The notes below the pieces were generated by a model. The model was not told the origin of the DNA. It made no database searches and saw nothing but the letters and a program-made list of their open reading frames with translations. Shown one piece after another: positions 1 to 12,406 of a stretch of DNA of 64,000 nucleotides. Every line of letters starts with the position of its first letter. Positions within the stretch are counted from its first letter, which is position 1. Origin of the DNA: Tubiluchus corallicola (lineage: Eukaryota > Animalia > Priapulida); the NCBI GenBank assembly GCA_030141605.1, contig JAQGDQ010000105.1, forward strand, positions 372,001 to 436,000, in the 5' to 3' direction. Both the position numbers and the translations under genes were made by a program.

Positions 1-2552
1 AGAGAACACCTGCTAAAACTATGATTAATTGCCGGCAATTTATTTCTCCCAGAAATTTTTGAATTTTCCACTGAGAATATATAGATTCATGACTTGGCAA
101 CAGCCAGGGTACAGTCAAGTTGTCAATTGTTATAAACTCAAAGTTGAAAGAAGCCTACAATGCAAAATTAAGCAGAGATTTTAGGCTTACTTTTATTATT
201 TATTATTAATTGCGGTATTAGTTAAAGTTTTGACGAAATCTATAAGCTATAGGTTACAAAACTAAAAAAACTTCAGGTAGTCATATAAAAATCTAATCTT
301 ATAAAGTGCCTTAAAACAATTTTCGAGCTGACGAACACCTTTTAAGGTGAGCTTTTTTGATCGGTGCATCTTCTGCTTTTTATTACGTTTTTGACACTTT
401 CTTTTCATGACTTAGCAGGCGGTAAAACTTCTAAACTAAATGTGCTTTCACCTGTAGGCTATGTATGACAAACAATGCTTATAACGTATATCATTTTGAC
501 ATTATATGGTAACATGGACTTATGGACATTGACATGAAAACCATACTTGGGTATAATCAGTGCTACCTAACATAAGAAACATAAAAAAGTGTGGGTTGTC
601 TAATTATCTTTGCGGTCAATAAATACAGACAAATTACATGCACACATGCACAGGCGCGAGGACTTTAATTATTCGACGTGTAATAAATGTTTTTATAATG
701 AAGACTGTTAAGTAGTGAAAGAAGTTTCCTATCAAAAATTTCCTTTTTCAGAAAAGGCCTACTTCCCCGGAAGAAAAACAACCGCCTTACGTTGTTTCTA
801 ATGAGAAAATAATTATAGAGAATGACAAATAACAACATTTTATATAGCTCCCAGTCTCCATTCTGTGTAGTTTTTACCCTCTGCAACTATAGCCTTATGT
901 GCTTTTCTGTGAAATAATTTTGCTTTCATTTATTCAGCAGCTCTGTTAGTAGAGGACGTCTACACGATTTTGTCACTTTCTTACTGATTTAAAAAAAAAT
1001 TGCCAAGAATTTAACTATTTAAATTGATGACGACAAATCCTGTGACGTTTGCTGTCCAGAGCTATTGGAGAAAAGTCATGTACATGTACCGCACTCTTTT
1101 CAAATGCAATTTTATTTAGTACGAAACAGGTAAAAAAATTCAGAAAATCAAGAAACAAGACAAGTGGCGTTATAATTTCTTGCTTCTGACAAGTTAAGGT
1201 GCTGCTGCAACACGTTATATAGCAGATTCGTTGCATAAACGATTCTACACGAATTTATTCAATGACCAACTAAAATAATACTACGAGATTCAGAAACGCA
1301 GAGAAGTGAATCGAGTAACTTCAGTGCTTTACTAATATTTAGCTCTAATGTCCTTTGGAAGTTTCAACAAAAACACTTTCTTTCTCCAAAATTTTGTTCC
1401 GCACCCTTCAAAACGTACAAATCAGTGAGCTGCATGATTACGATCTGTGTTCTAAATAACAGAGCGGTCTTTATTAGTTGCAGACCTTTTAATCATCCTA
1501 ATAAAATAAATACCAATATCTTCTCTTTTTGTCCCAAATTAATAAACGGTTACATAATAACAGATATCACGTTTTGATAAAGAGACCATGACATCACCAA
1601 GACCATGCAATCTTTATTGATTTCACTTACCTAGTAATACGAGTCTAACCTGAACTTTAGAGTTTTCAATGTATCAGTTTCCAGTGAGATGCTCGGGTTT
1701 CGTCACCGAAATCTAGCACACTAAAATTCGGAGCCGTGTAACGGCGTGGTTGTTACATTAAGCTACATGTGCTAAATATAGGGGCCTGGCGTAAGCGTTT
1801 ATCCAATACGAGCTTTCATGCACCAAGCACAAATAATACGGGAAGATAAACGACTAACATGCAGCCATTCAAATGTTTCTCTGACTATGTATACACCAAT
1901 ACACTGTGATACTAACTAATGGACTGTAACCAGCATCAGTGATTACCATGTGTCGTTAACTGATGATCAGTCAGTCTGACGCGCTTCTCTATTACTGACA
2001 CGTGGTCAGTACAGAGCAGCGCACCATGCAAGGAAGCCAGCGCAAGTTGCCTGCATATGCGTGGGGTCGTGAAACCAGCCAATGCGGGCATGCATAAAAC
2101 TTCCAAAACAGCGAGGACTCAACAGCCGGTACTGACAGTTTATTACTGAAGACATAAGCAAAGTGGTTATCATGTGTTTGAGTCTGAAAGCGGGGCGAAT
2201 TAATAAACCCCGTTTAAAGATATTATCACATCTAACTCATCCAATCTAGGACGCTTGTCTGTAGCGGCATTGTGTCTGTATTACAATTATTAAATAGCTA
2301 AGTGATGTCATGTGTATTGAGATGAAGGCGAGGCGAAATTCGCAAACTCTTATTTCCAAATAAAACTAAATGCATAATGCCGACATTGGCTAAAATCCGT
2401 ATCTGTTCATTCAAATATAAAACTAGAGGACGTTTGTGATCGAGCCAAAAACATTGGTAAGATTCTGTTTTCTAAACTGGAGCGACTTTAAGTGGCAGAT
2501 TTTGTTTCATATTTGCAAATAAAAAAATGTTTTTCAAAATAATTAACAACGC

Positions 2553-2577
2553 ATATATATATATATATATATATATA
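2553..2577. repeat. (TA)n microsatellite
   Basis: Perfect AT dinucleotide run. Confidence 0.95.
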
Positions 2578-3299
2578 AAAGTACCGTTGTGCTTGACATT
2601 AATGGTTTCAATGAAATTTGAACTTGTCACTTTTCATCCGTGACTCGTTTAGTTAAAGGTCAACTAAAAGGCGGCACTACTCAATTTCTTTTTTCGAGAT
2701 TTTCTTTTGATGTGACGCAAAGTCATAAAACTTGACCTTCCTTGACCTGGTGACATCATTCCGTTTTTCAAATTTTCTTGTTTCTTAGTTATATTCAGTA
2801 ATGTGAGAGGTACATACTACCAAATAGCATTATCGAGGTATGATAGTGTCAAAATACGCGACACATGTCTGCAAAATATAAGAGTTTCAATGGCTTGCTC
2901 ACGAGATTAACACATGTCCTACAACATGTACAGCGCTGGTATAAAGTTAAAATTTCCGCTTGTTGTTAACTAGCATAAACTTTGCAAAGCGAATCTACAC
3001 TCTGTACGGCATTTCTGGCGATTCATGCCCGATGATGTCACGAAAGGCAGCGCTCACTTGAAAATCAAGATGGCGAAAGACAGTCTGTTTTACGGTGAGA
3101 AATTTGCATGTTCATTGACTGCTTACATCTTAACCAAGCTCTAAATTAATTGAAAATGTATAAGACTTTCACTTACGCTGTAAGAACGTTCATCTAAACC
3201 TTTCATTACACTGTGTTTCAATTCCAATTTAAGAAATTATTTTAGTAATTAGCTCTCAGGTAGTTTGAGTCGTATGATAATTATGTTTAAACATCTGTA

Positions 3300-4270
3300 C
3301 ATCAAACAGTTTTCCCCTAGAATCGGGTACCCCCAAGGGCTTGTCTTATGCCCGATTCTTTCCCCTTTGTATATAGTTCCTCGGGGCGATATATTTTGCT
3401 CTCACTGTGCAGATTATAATATGTATGCTGACTATAACACTCTGTAGTTATTAATCCTACATTTGAAAACAATCAACTGGCATCAATCGCTTCAAAGGAG
3501 AAATATTTATTAGATATGAAAGCATGGATATCTTTTTTTTAAATGAGGAGAAAACCAATTTAATTTTTATTGGCTGTAAAGAACAATTAGCCAGACTTTC
3601 CTGTAATTCTTTGGTATTACTGTAAAGTAGTAGCAGCAGTACTAAAATTCGCAGCCCTTAGCTGCTCTTTTGATGAGACACTCTCTGTGACAAGACGTTT
3701 TAATGAAATCTGTAGCAGTACTTATTTTTATCGGAAAAATATTAGGTCTGTCAAACACTGTCTGTTAGACAATCATAAATAACATCACGTTTGGATTACT
3801 GTAATAGTCTTTCGTTTGGCCTTCCCGAATACCAAATTCAAACTGTGTAGCAGAAGTTATTTTATAATAGCGTAAATTTTGTCACGTAACACCTCTTCTG
3901 ATACTTTTTTATTGGCTTCCTGTTAAAAACAGGATAGCTTTAAGATATTGCAGAACAATATTTATTAGATATTCAGGTCTACTACCACATATGAATTAGC
4001 CATCCCTCGGAATCTTGTTGCTTACAGGGACCGCCCTTACCACGCTGAAGCACATAAGCTATGAAATGACCTAGCTTCTTAAGTCAGGAGCATAAACAAC
4101 AACGATGCGTTCAAAAAACTACTTATAACTATGCTCTTTAATGAGGCATTTTATGATTTCTAGTAAATTTTATGTCATGGCATAATGTTTTAATTTGTAA
4201 GGTGCCATTGAACAGTATCCTGTAAAGAGCACCTAAAATATATAATAAATTATAGGTTATTACTATTACA
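3300..4270 (+). mobile_element. Degenerate L2/Crack-clade LINE, 3' part (RT to tail)
   Basis: GYPQGLVLCPILSPLY...YNMYADY matches RT GVPQGSVLGP..F..Y...HMYADD. Downstream are LDYCNSL-FGLP (~3791) and HVTPLL..WLPVK.RI.FKIL (~3883-3950), both L2 hallmarks, with many stops and frameshifts, then an (ATT/ACT)-like tail at ~4255-4270. Confidence 0.85.
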
Positions 4271-5104
4271 ACTTATGTATCAAGCCAAAGATGGCACCAC
4301 TCGACATTGAAGTCAAGCTCAGCATCACCATCACAGTAATCACCGGTTATCTACAAAATGAAGCCACGCTGGAGACAGCAGATGAATAAACGTTGGCATA
4401 TTTTCTAGCAGGTGGAGCTACGACGTCGATTCCTAAAATGCGTTGTAAGTCCTCTGATATTATTTATTCACATCCTACAATCACAACCATTTGCTATGAG
4501 ACATTTTAGACATTGTAGAGAGTACAGAGATCATTATTAAACGGCACGATTACAATAAAGAATTAGCAGGCTAGCAGGTTCAATTGGTTAGTAAATTAAT
4601 GGGTAATTTTCAGAAAAACGTGTTCTGGGTAGTTTCTCAGCTGCCATGTTATTCATTCTCTTTCTCTGCTTGAAGGAAAATAGATATAATTCCAAATAGA
4701 AGGCACTATTCTTGAAGTAGCTCCTCTAAGAGGATTATTCTTACATTACTTAAGGTGCTTCAAAACATGCGTCAAGTTCTTATTGCAAGTTTGCAGTGTG
4801 CCGAATCACATTATAGAAATTAAACTTAAATGCCGTTTATAAATTCTCCTGAGCCTGCAACTCAAATAGCAGAGCATGGGAGAGTTTTAATCCCAAGATC
4901 TCCAGCTCACAATTTTCTTTTTTTCACAAACGTCTCTTTTCTTCAAATCACTGGCCGCTAGATTACTAGCTGATGACACACAAATCGCAGTTGTTTGTTA
5001 CTTTCTGACTATCACAGTCGTAATATCATTAATAACATTTTTAGTTTGGCGCACGTTCTCAAAATGAGTATATAAAATTAATAGAGTTGGAGTTGACAAA
5101 ATTT

Positions 5105-5645
5105 TGATCATAATATGAACTACCTTCCGGCAATTATCATCTACGTAAAGAAATTGTTAAAAACCATAATGTATAATTTATAATAATTATAAAGGTAAGT
5201 AACAAAAAGAAAGAAGCAAAAACAATAGCAATCGTATGCTATCAGAATTTTTGAAGTTTAAGGTTTGAAGTTTTAATATTTAAGCTTAAGTGAATAAAGA
5301 AATGTAGAACACTACCAAAAACAAACATATCTGAAAAAAAATTCGACACTACATCAATCACGCAGGTCATTTTTACAATAATTTTTGACCCCGATATTAT
5401 GATTTGTTTCAGATGTCATTCTTTCTTTTTGGTAATTTTATTTACTTTAATTGATTCATTTAAATTTGTGAAACTTTTTAAATTCTGATAGCATATGATA
5501 GCCATTGTATTTGGTTCTTTCTTTTTTATTACTTAGTCCACATGTCATAATCGGCTTTTACATTCCAAATGATAAATTATGGTTTTTAGAATGTTTTTTA
5601 TATCTGACGATGTCACCCGAGAGTTGAAATTTTATATCATCACTC
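5105..5645. mobile_element. Foldback/MITE-like element with long imperfect inverted repeats
   Basis: CGTATGCTATCAGAATTTTTGAAGTTT (~5233) pairs with AAACTTTTTAAATTCTGATAGCATATG (~5471). TAAGTAACAAAAAGAAAGAAGCAAAAACAAT pairs with ATTGTATTTGGTTCTTTCTTTTTTATTACTTA, and AAAAACCATAAT with ATTATGGTTTTT. Centre ~5370; ends approximate. Confidence 0.65.
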
Positions 5646-6382
5646 TAGCCTTTCCTTTTTATTTGTTGATATTTTAATTAGTAATAACATTTTGCTTGAG
5701 CAAAGTAATTTCGTGCACAAAGAAGTTGAGAAAAGTGTAATTAATAACCATTAACCAAACGTGTTAGTTTATTTCTTTACTATTTGTACATGAATTTATT
5801 AATTTCTTTACTATAAAAAACATTTACAATTTTTTGTTGCCCAACATATGAAAACGGCACATGGTAATCAAAAAGTTAAAAAAGTTAAAAACTCTGTCGA
5901 TATCTTCCTTGTAGGCAGCACATTCCATTGTTACTCTATCACTTATATGTCAATCTTTTCAAGCTGTAAATTTAACATTTTTTTAATTTTTAGCCAGCTG
6001 GCAAAGTGACACAAGTATCACGTCATTATAATACAGTTGGACGCGCCTATACGTGCGCCAAATAAAGTTCTGTATTTCTAAAAGAAACTTCCAATAGATT
6101 ACGACATCATCATTAGGAACTGGTTCGCCATCCGTTGCTCTAGTCTTGATGCTTCTGGCTCTAAATAAAGAAAAGTCTTTTTAGGCTTAGTGCCACCACT
6201 TATATGCCGTCCAAATTCATTTTAGGCCTATTACTGATTTTGTTAATGGTTGAACCACCTAAAGCCAATATTATCACTGCACAGACAAATTATGTCTGCG
6301 TAGTAGCTGGCATATATACTGATCAATCACAGTGACATTTTGAACTTTAAGTATTATCCAACTAATGACAATCTATTATGCG

Positions 6383-7747
6383 TTAACAGACAGAGCTGGA
6401 CATTGCAATGTCTGTCGTTGTCCTATTATCATCCTGTTCATCAGCAAAAGGAATATCAGTTTCTCCTGACTTTGGCCTTGCACCTAAGAAGATATTTTGA
6501 TTTTGTAATAAATTGTTCTGGGGCTTTTGATTCTCCTCAAAGGGTTTTAGCTCAAACGAATTCTCTGGAATGAGTCCATGCTTTTGTTTGGAGTGTCTGT
6601 TCACTGAAGGCGAGTAAGCAGTTCGTTCGTGGAAACTGCCAGCAACCCTTCGAGGTGCCAGTTCTGGAACTTCTAAATCGCGAGGTCGCTTTTCACGGTA
6701 ACTTCCCGCTGAACGACGAGGTAGACCGGTAGCATCTAAATACACGCCATCTTTTGGCATTATGTGCTCAGAACTGCGACTATGATATTCTGGCTTTAAA
6801 GGTGATAATGTTTGTGAAGCTCGTGACGATCTTCGAGACTCAGAACGAGAAGTAGGATGCTGCATTTGAGGCAAAGCAACTTCAGCTTTGATTGGAACTA
6901 AATCTCTTCGAGACCGAGGTCGATGGCGGTCCCGATCTGCTCCCTTATATTGCACAGAATAGTATCGTTTAAGCATTGGTGATACATCAGAGTTTACCAC
7001 ACCATATGACGAAAAACTAGCGTGGCGAGCAGCCACTGCTTGACATTCTGGACAGTTTATGTCAAAGTAATCATACTCGTCGACGTGGCATTGGTGCATT
7101 CTGGGAGGTATGCGCGGGCTCCGAGCAGCCGTTCCCCCCGACAAATGAGAGGCTGAACGTTCCCGAAAACTACTATGACTACCTCTGGATCCCCTGCGAG
7201 CTTTCAGGAGTTTGGTCTGCTGGTGTTTATATGCACAATATCTAATTAGTACAATCATTATCATAATGAATATCACACAAGCAACTGCACCAATACTGCT
7301 GCGAATATACGTGGATGACAGCTCATCGAGCGTTTCTGCGCGCACACAACTTGCATTATTAACTTGAACACCAGTCTTATTAAGCAACAAAACACATATG
7401 ACGTATTGAGTGTTTGGATCAAGGTTGCACACATCATATGATTGTGTTCCAGTCTTAGTTTTATCAGCTATGCTGGCTTGAAAATCTTCGCCCACTTTTT
7501 TAAACTTCAGTTCAAAGTCAAACACGTTTAGTTGCTGCACCACCTGCCATTCGACAGTAATGCAGTTTTTTGTAACACTCGTGGCTTCCACTCTATGCTG
7601 CGTTGAATGCACACGGTCGCCTTCTGCAGCTCCCCCCGTAGGTGTTGAATTCGACTTCTGGTTTCCCACACCCTGCATCTCGCCATTTTCATTAAGTCGC
7701 AATCCGGTTTCAGTGTCGCGTGTGGAACGACCATTTTTTTCACTCAT
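6383..7747 (-). CDS. Single-pass membrane protein: fibronectin type-III domain + TM helix + long basic/Ser-rich cytoplasmic tail (FN3 of the LRRN/LRFN/FLRT/FNDC9 type)
   Basis: 461-codon ORF. FN3 pattern VEATSVTKNCITVEW...Y..CNLDPNTQYVICV...CVRAET (~7330-7595); TM SSIGAVACVIFIMIMIVLI followed by RYCAYKH (~7236-7300). Splice acceptor TTTTTGCAG ends at 7763, so the exon starts at 7762; first ATG at 7747. The true N-terminus is uncertain if upstream coding exons exist. Confidence 0.85.
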   Translation of the reverse strand: MSEKNGRSTRDTETGLRLNENGEMQGVGNQKSNSTPTGGAAEGDRVHSTQHRVEATSVTKNCITVEWQVVQQLNVFDFELKFKKVGEDFQASIADKTKTGTQSYDVCNLDPNTQYVICVLLLNKTGVQVNNASCVRAETLDELSSTYIRSSIGAVACVIFIMIMIVLIRYCAYKHQQTKLLKARRGSRGSHSSFRERSASHLSGGTAARSPRIPPRMHQCHVDEYDYFDINCPECQAVAARHASFSSYGVVNSDVSPMLKRYYSVQYKGADRDRHRPRSRRDLVPIKAEVALPQMQHPTSRSESRRSSRASQTLSPLKPEYHSRSSEHIMPKDGVYLDATGLPRRSAGSYREKRPRDLEVPELAPRRVAGSFHERTAYSPSVNRHSKQKHGLIPENSFELKPFEENQKPQNNLLQNQNIFLGARPKSGETDIPFADEQDDNRTTTDIAMSSSVC

Positions 7748-8214
7748 CTCCAACGAATGTTGCTGCAAAATTAAAATGAAAAATGTAAATTATTTAAAAA
7801 ACAATATTTTGAATGCCAAAGCAGAAGCTGTCAAGCTGTCAACGATAGCAAGAAATGGTTTTCGTCGTTCAACTTCGGCAATTTGAAAAATCCTAATTTT
7901 CCTCTTGGACTTTTTGCGATCAATTCTCGCACACTAAGATAAACACATTTGCTCAAGATTGTCGCCTTTGCGTAAATAACAAACTTGACAGATTGTTCTG
8001 CATGCAAGAATTTTTTGTTTTTTATGTACTAATACCCAACACTACCGGTTTCAATAAGAAGGCAAGGCTCAGAGTGCAAATTTATCAGAGGTAGCTTGCT
8101 TAAATGACACTATATCGATACTAGCAACATGCTAAAGACAATAAGAACGAGCAAAGGTGATTTCGTTTTTAATAGCTTCAGTAGATGGATTTTTAGTCAA
8201 TTTTAATGTCAAAT

Positions 8215-8335
8215 AGTTTATAGACAGCTGGCGGTTACATCGAATAGGAGTTGTGGGTTCGATACCGCGGTCGTGTCTTACCAAAGACTTCGAAAATGCT
8301 GATCTTCCAGACGCATGGTATTTAGGGTTAAACGG
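8215..8335 (+). mobile_element. tRNA-derived SINE remnant (MetaSINE-like core)
   Basis: Pol III B box GGTTCGATACC (8256-8266) followed by GGTCGTGTCTTACCAAAGACTTCGAAAATG, which resembles my recollection of the MetaSINE core GTCATACCAAAGACT..AAAATG. Confidence 0.55.
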
Positions 8336-9275
8336 GCTAATAATGATCTACGTAGGCGTAATTTGTTAAAAGCCCATTGAATTACGTTACCTATTAATTT
8401 TAAGTTCTATATACTTCACAAGGCAGTTAAAAAATTGTTTTTTGCTTTAAACAACCTTTCTTTCAAAATCATGAACATAAAGAATAAAGTATGAAAAAAT
8501 CGGTGCAACTTCTTAAAGAACGTCTTTTAACGAACGAATAATACAGTAAACATTTTTTTGCTCCGTGAATGTCCGACAGGTATTTAGGTAGCAGCGCTCG
8601 CTATAGCCCGACAGGTTTAGGACACAATTTTTGTCATCAAACCTAAATCCGATTCTGACAACGAAGAGTTTCTATTTCCTCTTAGGCATTACACCCTTTT
8701 CCTTCTAATTCATTCGTTTCGTGAAAACCTTGGTTAAAAACTCGAGTGCACAATAACAAAGCCGTTGATTGAAAAAGTCCATTTTCACAAGTCGCCTAAA
8801 ATGTTTACACGTAAACACGCTGTGCATGAAAGATTTTGAAATGAATTAATCTTGTCGAAACAGTCGCAGCATTAAGCAGCGTTAGGCTATCAAAAATCAC
8901 AACGCGATCAAGATCATAGTCGAAAGCTTCACAGTCATCCGCACAACTAAAGACAGATAGGCAACCTCACAGGCAGGTTTATAAACTATTTTTATTTAAA
9001 ATTATAGCTCTGCTGCAAAGCGTTTTCCCGCCTAGTACTGGAACTAACCGGAACAATACATGTATTAAGCAAATAATTTAAATAGCTGCAACAACTCTAA
9101 TGTGTTGATTTTATTTAGCGAGTAAGGTTTAGATATCAGGCAGTCCAGACCCCCAGCCAGACTGAGTAGGAGCCAGACTCTATCTCGAACAGAAAGCGAG
9201 TAATACAATAATACAATAATTAGAGAAATCCATACCGAGACAAGACCTAGTCAGAGTCAACGATCACTGCCTAAG

Positions 9276-9416
9276 TTAGTTTGCGTCATTTTTGTCACAT
9301 AATGATTGATGGTTGTTACCTAATGATGAATTTTATGATTTGTTACACGATGCAGCATTTTTGTTACAAAATATTGGTACATAATGGTTCACATGTTACA
9401 TAGTGAGCCTTAACAA
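9276..9416. repeat. Degenerate array of TGTTACATAATG-like units (probable non-autonomous DNA transposon end)
   Basis: TGTCACATAATG, TGTTACCTAATG, TGTTACACGATG, TGTTACAAAATA, TGGTACATAATG, TGTTACATAGTG, ending in CCTTAACA. Confidence 0.6.
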
Positions 9417-10124
9417 TAGTTTTTGTTCACCAAAAATCCAACTCACTTTTTGAGTTCACGAACATTTTCTACATCACAATTAGACCAATCACCTTACTAA
9501 AACAAGGCAAGAAAAACGATCGACAGTTGAAGGCTTAGTTCCATTCTCAGACATTCTTCAACAATTTACTACCGTTAGCGTTCTTCTCTGGCAGTATCTT
9601 TCAATTATTCTAGACATCTATTGTTACATACGTGACAGTTTATTAAGACAAACTATACCGTCTGCAGGAATGTAATTTGACCTCGCCAATCTATACGTTC
9701 GAAACAATTTAGAGTGGTTTAATCCTAAAGGGGACGAGTCCTTCACAGATTAACAATAGGTTTACCGTTGCTAGTTCATTAAGGAATTCCGTGCTTTTCG
9801 ATAACTTATGTAAATTGTTGACACTTATAACATTGATTTATTTTGTTATCACAAACGTTTCAGGACTTCAAGTTACACTTTCAATGTGAAATCTAAATAT
9901 CTAGAAAAAATTGAACAAAATAGTTAAAATTACTAATAATTACTGAAATATTGAGTTACCACACATTTTAATCCAAGACACCAATAATGACACTTAACTT
10001 AACAGAGAACCTTCAAAATTAATAGATATAAAAGATACTGATATTCTGGTAGGTAGAACCATCTTCTAACATTTAATTAGAAATTAAATTATATCATATC
10101 GTAATCTGTGACATCACACAATCT

Positions 10125-10443
10125 ACTTTCTGCCGCCACATTTATCGACCCTTAGCTACTCTCTAAGAAGTATCTTTCAGAATTAGTCATGTTTCACTAA
10201 GATCTTTTTTGCCCAAAATCCATCCATGTGAGTAACCTGTAATGGTTTTCTCGGCACCTTAATTGACTTAGGAAAAGCTTTATAAATGGTCAATCTTTTA
10301 GTAACCTTAAAGCGTGACCCACTCGTGAAAGTTATTCTTCTGCGTTTAATTTCCCTGTCCCATTTTTCTTCCTCAACTTTGTCATATAAATCTTCCTTAT
10401 AATTTTTGGCCATTTTATGCCCAGTAGTGATCTGTATAAACAT
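10125..10443 (-). mobile_element. RTE-clade LINE ORF2 C-terminal fragment
   Basis: Across frameshifts: RSLLGIKWPKII / KEDLYDKVEEEKWDREIKRRRITF ... KVPRKP ... VAKGR*MWRQ. This matches the RTE C-terminal motifs LR.ILGI.WP..I.N.DLY, I..RRL.F.GH and A.DR..WR. Confidence 0.7.
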
Positions 10444-12136
10444 CTAAACAAAAAAATCAATTTCTGAATACTTATGTATTAATATTACTTTGAAAATACA
10501 CAATTACGAGTTGTATAAAAAGAGAGGAGATACGAATGTTAAAAGTCCTGAATACACATGCAGCTCTTGACTGTAGGCGTTGCGACGGAAAACTTCCTTG
10601 ATCTGTAAGTTTTATTATAAAGCTATTTTATTACACAAATGCAGATAAATATAAATATTACCAAAACACTCACATTTATCATCACCTATATCTATTTCAT
10701 TACGTAACACATTTATAAGAGAGGTGTTGTTTGCTTTGTTGTTCTGTTATCTTTTTAGAACGTATTTATCTCTTAGACAGGATTTTATGTAAAAAGCATG
10801 AAAATTTCAGCTCTTATCGTTTACGTAAGTTGGAAATAACAAACTGTTTTTTTAATCTGGGTTCACGCCGATTCAGATTCTTCTTCTTTTTCATTGAAAA
10901 GGGGTTCCATTAATGTTAGTACGAGTTCAAGCTGGGGTCACCCCAGTTTGAAAAGACTACACAAATAAATTGTTATGAAACGGCTTAAAAATTTGAAGTT
11001 TGAAATGAAGTGAAGCTCCTGAGGCAGGCAATTACAAATAAAAATATTGCATTGGATTCCGCCATATGGTGAAGTCACGTTCAACGTCTCTACGCATGGA
11101 GTATCAAAAAAGCAAGAAGAGATCAGCTAATGAAAACTACTGACATGTATTGATCAAAAAGGTTTAGTTCAGTAGCACAATCACAAACTTAGGTTTTGCC
11201 ACATTGTGACGTCTGTAGGCGATGTATATTGAATCCGAAAAAAATATTTGCGCAATATAATTGACGAAATCATTTTGATAAAATCGAGAAAAACGCAAAT
11301 TTCGTCAGTAAAATTGTCTCAGTATACCTGGCAATTGTATTGACTGTGTGTAAAGTGTATGCCCTTTTACAAGTTCAACAACTAATATTTCCAAACTTTT
11401 TATCAAGTTATACATGTACTTTCAACGAAAGGTAGAAATATAAACAAGTTTTTATGATTTTGCCACAATTCTGTGCATCATATATGGCAAAATCACATTA
11501 GGACAATTTTGGAATTGGGACCTTGAGCATCACATAGGGCGTTTAACTGCACCGCGCTTGAACCTGCAAATAATTTATTGCAACATATGTTGCACTACGT
11601 TGGACGTCCCAAGCCAAAAGAATGTTAATACCAATAAATAGCAGCGTTTTACCTAAGCAACGTGCAAGAAGCGGACACAAATGTCAAGCAAATAAAGTAA
11701 CAGTGAAACTTTACCTGTTAAAGAAAATTCGACTTGTTTTATAAACTCTCGCGGCGGGAATTTATAAGAAGCCAGCAAATGTCAAGTGTTAATAATGCGA
11801 CGGATATGGTTTCACCTTGAAATGAGCCTAATTAACTCTTCGTGACCGGAAATAACTACGGATCGCGAATCTTGGATATCCGCTAGCATTTGACCTGGGA
11901 AGTAGTGCGATTCTGCAGCATTAATTAACGGGGATACATGTGCGCTTCACTTTGCTGCCTGTATCCCAAAAAAATCTGCGATCGGACACCTTGGGGAAGA
12001 TTAGATCAAGTGTTTTAAAATAGAATAAGTTCAAATAAAAATTTCTGTTTTACATAAAAATGCAACTTGCCTTACTGTAACAAGACGAGCGTGAAGTAAC
12101 GCGAGATTACACGTAATTCAGTGTTAGCACGTCATG

Positions 12137-12397
12137 AAAGTGAAGTCACGTCATGTATTCGTGCTTTGCGTTGTCTAATTCGATTTATTTATTTTAAAAT
12201 GAAAGTATAGTATAACTCTTTAGCTCTAGACATAAGATGAACAATTTTTAACTAACCTGCGCTTATGTAAAGTGAAAGCACGTCATGTATTCTTGCTTAC
12301 CGTTGTCTAAGTCAATTTCTTTATTTTAAAATGAAAGTATAGTATGACTATTAAGCTCTAGACATAAGATGAACAATTTTTAACTAAGCTGCGCTTA
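12137..12397. repeat. Tandem duplication, 132-bp unit x2
   Basis: 12137-12265 and 12269-12397 share AAAGTGAA..CACGTCATGTATTC...TTTTAAAATGAAAGTATAGTAT...AGCTCTAGACATAAGATGAACAATTTTTAACTAA.CTGCGCTTA. Confidence 0.9.
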
Positions 12398-12406
12398 AAC
12401 AGCTAA

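Noticed and set aside
7528-7886. ORFs overlapping the FN3-TM exon
   Set aside because: Shadow or antisense frames of the real CDS with no recognisable domain.
10183-10443. 86-aa ORF with a good acceptor, considered as an upstream exon of the FN3 gene
   Set aside because: Better explained as a frameshifted RTE LINE C-terminus.
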